Source: the human T2T-CHM13v2.0 reference genome, Homo sapiens. From it: a DNA stretch of 64,000 nt. Where the stretch lies: assembly GCF_009914755.1 (NCBI RefSeq), contig NC_060945.1, one strand, 5' to 3'. How positions within the stretch are numbered: the first letter of the stretch is position 1; every line of letters starts with the position of its first letter. Shown here in pieces: positions 58,787 to 64,000 of the stretch. A model generated the notes under the pieces. That model was not told where the DNA came from. It worked only from the letters and a program-made list of their open reading frames with translations, and did not search any database. The position numbers and the translations under genes are program-made.

Positions 58787-61560
58787 AAAAATTCTTAAAA
58801 ATGAAAAAACTCTCAAAAATGATAAAAACCCTCTAGAATGATTTTTTTATTTTACATTTTCACAAACAGCCCTGGATACCACCCATCTCATTGCTCACCT
58901 AGTGTATGTGAAAATTGTATCTCTTCAATTTTTCTGGCAATTCTTCATTTACTAACTGCAATGCTTTCTCTGTTCAAAATCCTTTTTTGAATTATTGCAC
59001 ATATGCCTTTTTATACTTTATGTGCTTTTTCATATTTAACATGGAAAGAGTCCTTAGATATTTAGCCTCCTAATATCTGAGATCTGATAGCAGATATAAA
59101 ACTTCTGCTAATTTATAAATCAAGTTCATAATGTATGTAATGAGTTTTGGTTTTGCCTGGGGTTTTCAAATTTTTATAATTATACCTATTCCTGACAATA
59201 TCAATACTTAGTAATTGTCTCAAAATACATGCACACTTTGTTAATGTTATCTTCCACTCTTTGGATGTATAAAAATGTTACTATTTTATTAGATATAAAT
59301 TACTAATTCAGCGGTATTTAAAAATTGTTTGCTTCATAAACTAATTTAATATAAAATCCAGAAAGCTAAAATGCTTCACTGAAATAGCAATCAGAGATAC
59401 AGTATTATAATAAGCCATATGCCCTGGAATCTACAAGACTCGCTAGCCTACCACTTACCCTTAGAACCAAATTATTATCTTTAAGTATTAGTTACTTTAT
59501 CTGAAATGATGTCGTTTTCCAATTGCTTACATGAATTCCATATCAATTAAAATTATGTATTTTGCACACTTGCAATTTTGCACACTTGCAAAAAATAATA
59601 GTTTCTTCTTATTATATGTGACTGAATAAAATACAGTATAGATATATAATTGTCCTGAACCTTAAGTCACAGCTTTCTATGTACAACAGTAATCAATAGT
59701 CCTTAAATTAAATTTTGTCTCTCCTATCATGTTTAGAAATTTGTTTATAAATAATGTAAAAATACTCTCTAAAGAATATTTCCTACTTATCCTGATTTTT
59801 GAATAATATTGTAAAAGGTTGTATAACTTTTTACATTTATAAAACATTGTATATCATAACATTGAGAAATTGATGTACCATTTCTTACATGTACATTACA
59901 AAATTATAATTTTGACAATTTGGTCAAAGGCATTTACAAAATGCATTTCTAGGTTATAGCGTCCAATCTTTGATGTCACTTTAAAGAAGATATCAAGCTG
60001 TGACAAAAATAAAATTTTTGAAAATGCTTCATTAACCTGACCCTTTGAGGTCATTTATATTTCCAGTTTATAAAATAGGATTATCTTTTATATAGAAAGT
60101 CTGATCACACCTCCTGCAAGCTTAACATAATTAGAACCTGAAAGACAGTTGTTTTAAAATGCCAAATGCACCTTTAACCTTGATCCGGGTTACTGGCCCA
60201 TTATTTTCAGTCTGGCTGTTAGAGTTCCTACACAGTGTATTTAATTCTATGTTGTGAAAAGGCTTTTTACACTGCATTAGTGAAATGGAGAATACATCAA
60301 TACAAATCTTAAGAAAAGAGCAAAACTATAAATTTGGTAACAAACACCTTACATTGTAAATTATGTCGGGAAATATGACATAATCCCATTACAAATAAAT
60401 GCCAACTACCTGTGAAATGTGGAGAAGTATATTACCTACCTGAGAAAGTAATTGTAAAATTAATGGACAAATACCTATAAAGTATGTAGTATAGTAAGAT
60501 TTCTTTAAAATTACTTAATAGTATCAATGTTAATTTTTATGTTTAGGTCAATGAATTATGGGTACAACATAGGATACTTGTTACTACATTCCTTTCATAT
60601 AATGTCTTAAGATAGGTATTTTTATGAGATGCATTAATTCATGGTAACCATATAGAACAGGTATTCTATTTTACAAATTAATAAAAATTATCAAGGACTG
60701 AACTCTGGTAAATAAATAATACCAAGAAATATCATTGCTCACCTGTACTAGAATGTTGATTTTAATACTCTATAGTGTTTCCCAAGTTTTGATAGTGATA
60801 CATAATAAGATTGAAAAGTTATTTCTCTTAGGATCTTATGAAAAGAAACAAAAATTTTCATTGCTAAAAACTGACTTCTAATGTAGAATGAAAACTCTAT
60901 GGTTATAACTTTGAGTTTGTCTGGTCAAATTCTTATGTAACCAATTGTAAATCATTCACAATGACTTCCAAATCAAAACATCAGAATATCAATAGGACAT
61001 AATGGGAATACTTACAATTAATTTAATAGTACTTCTATTTACCAATTATATATTATAGTACTGACCTAATTATATTATCTCATTGAATAACCACTGTATA
61101 TTACTGAATCAGTAATTGGTTATTTAAAAATTCTCACATGAAAAAGAACCAAAAATTTAGTTATGTTTATAGGAAAACATTTTCTAATTAGTCTTTAAAT
61201 GTTCATTTTATATCTGATAATTAAATAACAAAATAACTTGTCAGCACAAGCACTAATTTTTTCCAAATTACAAAGTCATATGCAGACTTTGTAGAAGAAT
61301 CTACAAAGAATCTATTTTTACTCTATTATTTTTATTCTGTCAGCTTTCTCTGCCTCCAACCAAAAATAACTTCTTACCATCATAAAAAACTTGCGTTTTC
61401 AAAATGAAAACAATATACATTAGAATGCTTAGTAATAAAGCAATAACTGAGAAGAACTAATTAATTATAACAGAACTAATTTTTGGTCAGTGGAATTTTT
61501 TCACCTATTCCATTTCTTTTTACTGAATTATTTTAGCTCTGAAATATTTTTAAAATAATA

Positions 61561-62010
61561 TTTATTTTATTTTATTTTTATTATACTTTAAGTTTTAGGG
61601 TACATGTGCACAACGTGCAGGTTTGTTACATATGTATACATGTGCCATGTTGGTGTGCTGCACCCATTAACTCGTCATTTAGCATTAGGTATATCTCCTA
61701 ATGCTATCCCTCCCGCCTCCCCCCACCCCACAACAGTCTCCAGTGTGTGATGTTCCCTTTCCTGTGCCAATGTATTCTTATTGTTCAATTCCCACCTATG
61801 AGTGAGAACATGCGGTGTTTGGTTTTTTTTCCTTGCAATAGTTTGCTGAGAATGATGGTTTCCAGTTTCATCCATGTCCCTACAAAGGACATGAACTCAT
61901 CATTTTTATGGCTGCATAGTATTCCATGGTGTATATGTGCCACATTTTCTTAATCCAGTCTATCATTGTTGGACATTTAGGTTGGTTCCAAGTCTTTGCT
62001 ATCGTGAATA
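61561..62010 (-). mobile_element. Young L1PA (PA3/4-like) 3' end, 5'-truncated
   Basis: 'ttatactttaagttttagggtacatgtgcacaacgtgcagg...'; short TSD aatatttatt (61557-61566) / aatatttctt (62007-62016). Confidence 0.95.
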
Positions 62011-62663
62011 TTTCTTAACATTTTTACTTGTGTGTACTTCACTTTGTGAGAGTGGAAAATGGAAATGATCTATGGAAATAACTTATAAAATATACTACAT
62101 AATTTCTTATATTAACAAACATAGTAGACTAAAAGAACATACGTATTAATGTTCAGGTGAAGCACATATTATTTAAATATATGCGCGAGGGATAATATTT
62201 TAATAGTAATTGAGCCCTGAGCATTGGAATTTTTTACTTTACCTATACAATATAGTTTTATATGTAATATATAATACTTGCATTACAAGCCATAGTTGTC
62301 TTGAACTTACAAAAGCATTGTGTGGCTTCCATTTATTTAGAACTCCGATCAGTAGTGTTATGTTACTATGCATTTGAAGTCATTCTTTTTCACTTATAAA
62401 GTCCCTGAGTATATTCTTACATTGAGTGCACGTCAGAATAATTATGCTTTCTTCTTAGTATAAATGTAGTTGCATTTTTCTCTGTCTTTACTGTCTTTAT
62501 TTCTCCTCTGTAGTATTGGGTTATGTTCAGGTATTTGGCTTCCAAGACATGAATAAAGACAAAGGATCTTTGGAATTATTTGACATTGGTATAAGTCTTC
62601 TCATATTAATATCAGCAGGATAAATCATGTATCATTCATTAATGATGACAACTTCATGCACAT

Positions 62664-63135
62664 TGTGGTAGATTCTGGGCACGAATTACTTCCTAATTAT
62701 CAATGAGAGGTGAGGTCTAATTCTCTTACCCATTATTCTATGCTGGTCTTAGTGCATCATACATAGTTGAAGTAAATTCAAAGAATTCCAAGGCTGGGTC
62801 ACCTGAACACTTGAAGCTACAGTTTGAGCATCTAAAAAAAACAAATAAACTTTTTGGAGCTGTGAGAAATCATGTAAGTTCAACTACCTTGTTGGGAAAA
62901 TCACATGGATAATTCTTGAAATAACATGACATGGAAAAGAGCCTCACAGACTCCAGTAAAACCCGTCAAAGTACCTCGTAGTTGGGTGACATGGTTTTAG
63001 ACCCTACAGGCACTCTTTAGCTAAGGAATCTCCCAGGCAATTCCCAACTGAAGTCCTTGCCCATAAGTATGCAAAATACAATAAAATGGTTTTTTGTTTT
63101 GTGACAGTTGGTTACACAACAATAGATGACTGTTA
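62664..63135 (+). mobile_element. Old MaLR LTR (MLT1H-like)
   Basis: Starts tgtggtagat; ends 'aataaaatggttttttgtttt...ggttacacaacaatagatgactg'. Confidence 0.6.
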
Positions 63136-63539
63136 TACCCATTTTATACTTGCTGGCAGCTATCTCTTAACCAATATTAAAATTCTTATGCTCTCTCAAT
63201 TATTAGCATATTTTCTTCTTTATTGTCTTCAACATTTAAAATTAAAATACTTGCCTTCCTATTCTAATTTCTTAAAGCCCACATTCCTATTCCATGGCTA
63301 CAACTATTTTGTCACAGAATTGGGAAAAACCCTCTGGAAAATAAAATAAACTCAAATACTTATGTGTTCTTGGAATTATCCTAAATGTTCTACTTTCTTT
63401 TTGCCTCAGGGAAGTTCTTTTTTTTTTATGATGAACATAACCAATAAGTTAAGGGTGGCCTTTTTTATACTTTTGGGTGAGTTTGTTTCCCTTTAAATAT
63501 ATTCAATTATCTTTTTTTTTCAGATACTTATGAAACAGG

Positions 63540-64000
63540 CCAGGGTCACTACTCTCTTCTAAGGTGTTATCTGAGCTCATTGTCTCATGACCAAGAGAAT
63601 TAAGGAGCATGGACAGAAAGGGTGAGATTGGAGAGAAAGTTTAATAAGCAAAAGAAGAAAGCTCTCCACAGCAGAGAGGGGAGCCTGAGTGGGTTTCCAT
63701 TTTTACAGCTGAATTCAAAAGCTTTTATAAGAAACCCCTCTTTTCTCTGTAGCTGTTTGAGTTACTTATCTGAAAAGCCATCTGCAGAACTCCTTCTTAT
63801 CTATGTAGTTGTGAGTATGTCTCTAGGCAAGCACAAAGTGCTGCTTCTCTTTTTTGTATAACTGTGGGTTTGTTTTAGGTAAGCCTCCCTCCTCCTTGTG
63901 CAAGTTCCCATGGAGCCCACCATATACATGTCTGAAAAGGGAGGAAACTTTTTCCTTGGAGCCCACCAATTATGCAAAGAACAAAAGCCTTCTGTACTGG
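63540..64000 (-). mobile_element. ERV1 LTR (MER61-like), runs off the window
   Basis: 'ggagcatggacagaaagggtgagattggagagaaagtttaataagcaaaagaagaaagctctccacagcagagagggg'. Confidence 0.55.

Noticed and set aside
59559-59590. Perfect 16-bp tandem duplication attttgcacacttgca x2
   Set aside because: Real, but an ordinary slippage duplication with no further structure.

Overview
AT-rich, repeat-dense primate (almost certainly human) genomic DNA with no intact protein-coding gene that I can support. Most ORFs in the supplied track are Alu, L1, LTR or low-complexity read-throughs. The window is mostly interspersed repeats (about 15 Alus, many L1 fragments, MaLR/ERV LTRs, L2/MIR, one MER1 DNA transposon), including two nested transposon stacks (23.7-29.2 kb and 34.8-41.2 kb). 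The only gene-derived feature is a decayed, apparently 5'-complete processed KRAB-C2H2 zinc-finger pseudogene on the minus strand (~55.6-58.65 kb). It appears to be copied from an isoform that skips the KRAB-A exon and is interrupted by an AluSp. The most notable observations are: (1) a 460-bp 'orphan' retrotransposed insertion at 21191-21650 with a perfect 15-bp TSD, clean poly(A) and AATAAA, but only ancient L1ME-like cargo and a flank-templated 5' filler; (2) a perfect 39-bp inverted repeat with a patchwork spacer abutting the ZNF retrocopy 5' end; (3) further templated-insertion scars at 47130 and 48338; (4) a textbook twin-primed L1PA. I found no evidence of a new biological system. Repeat subfamily names come from recalled consensus sequences, not a database search, and boundaries of old repeats are approximate.
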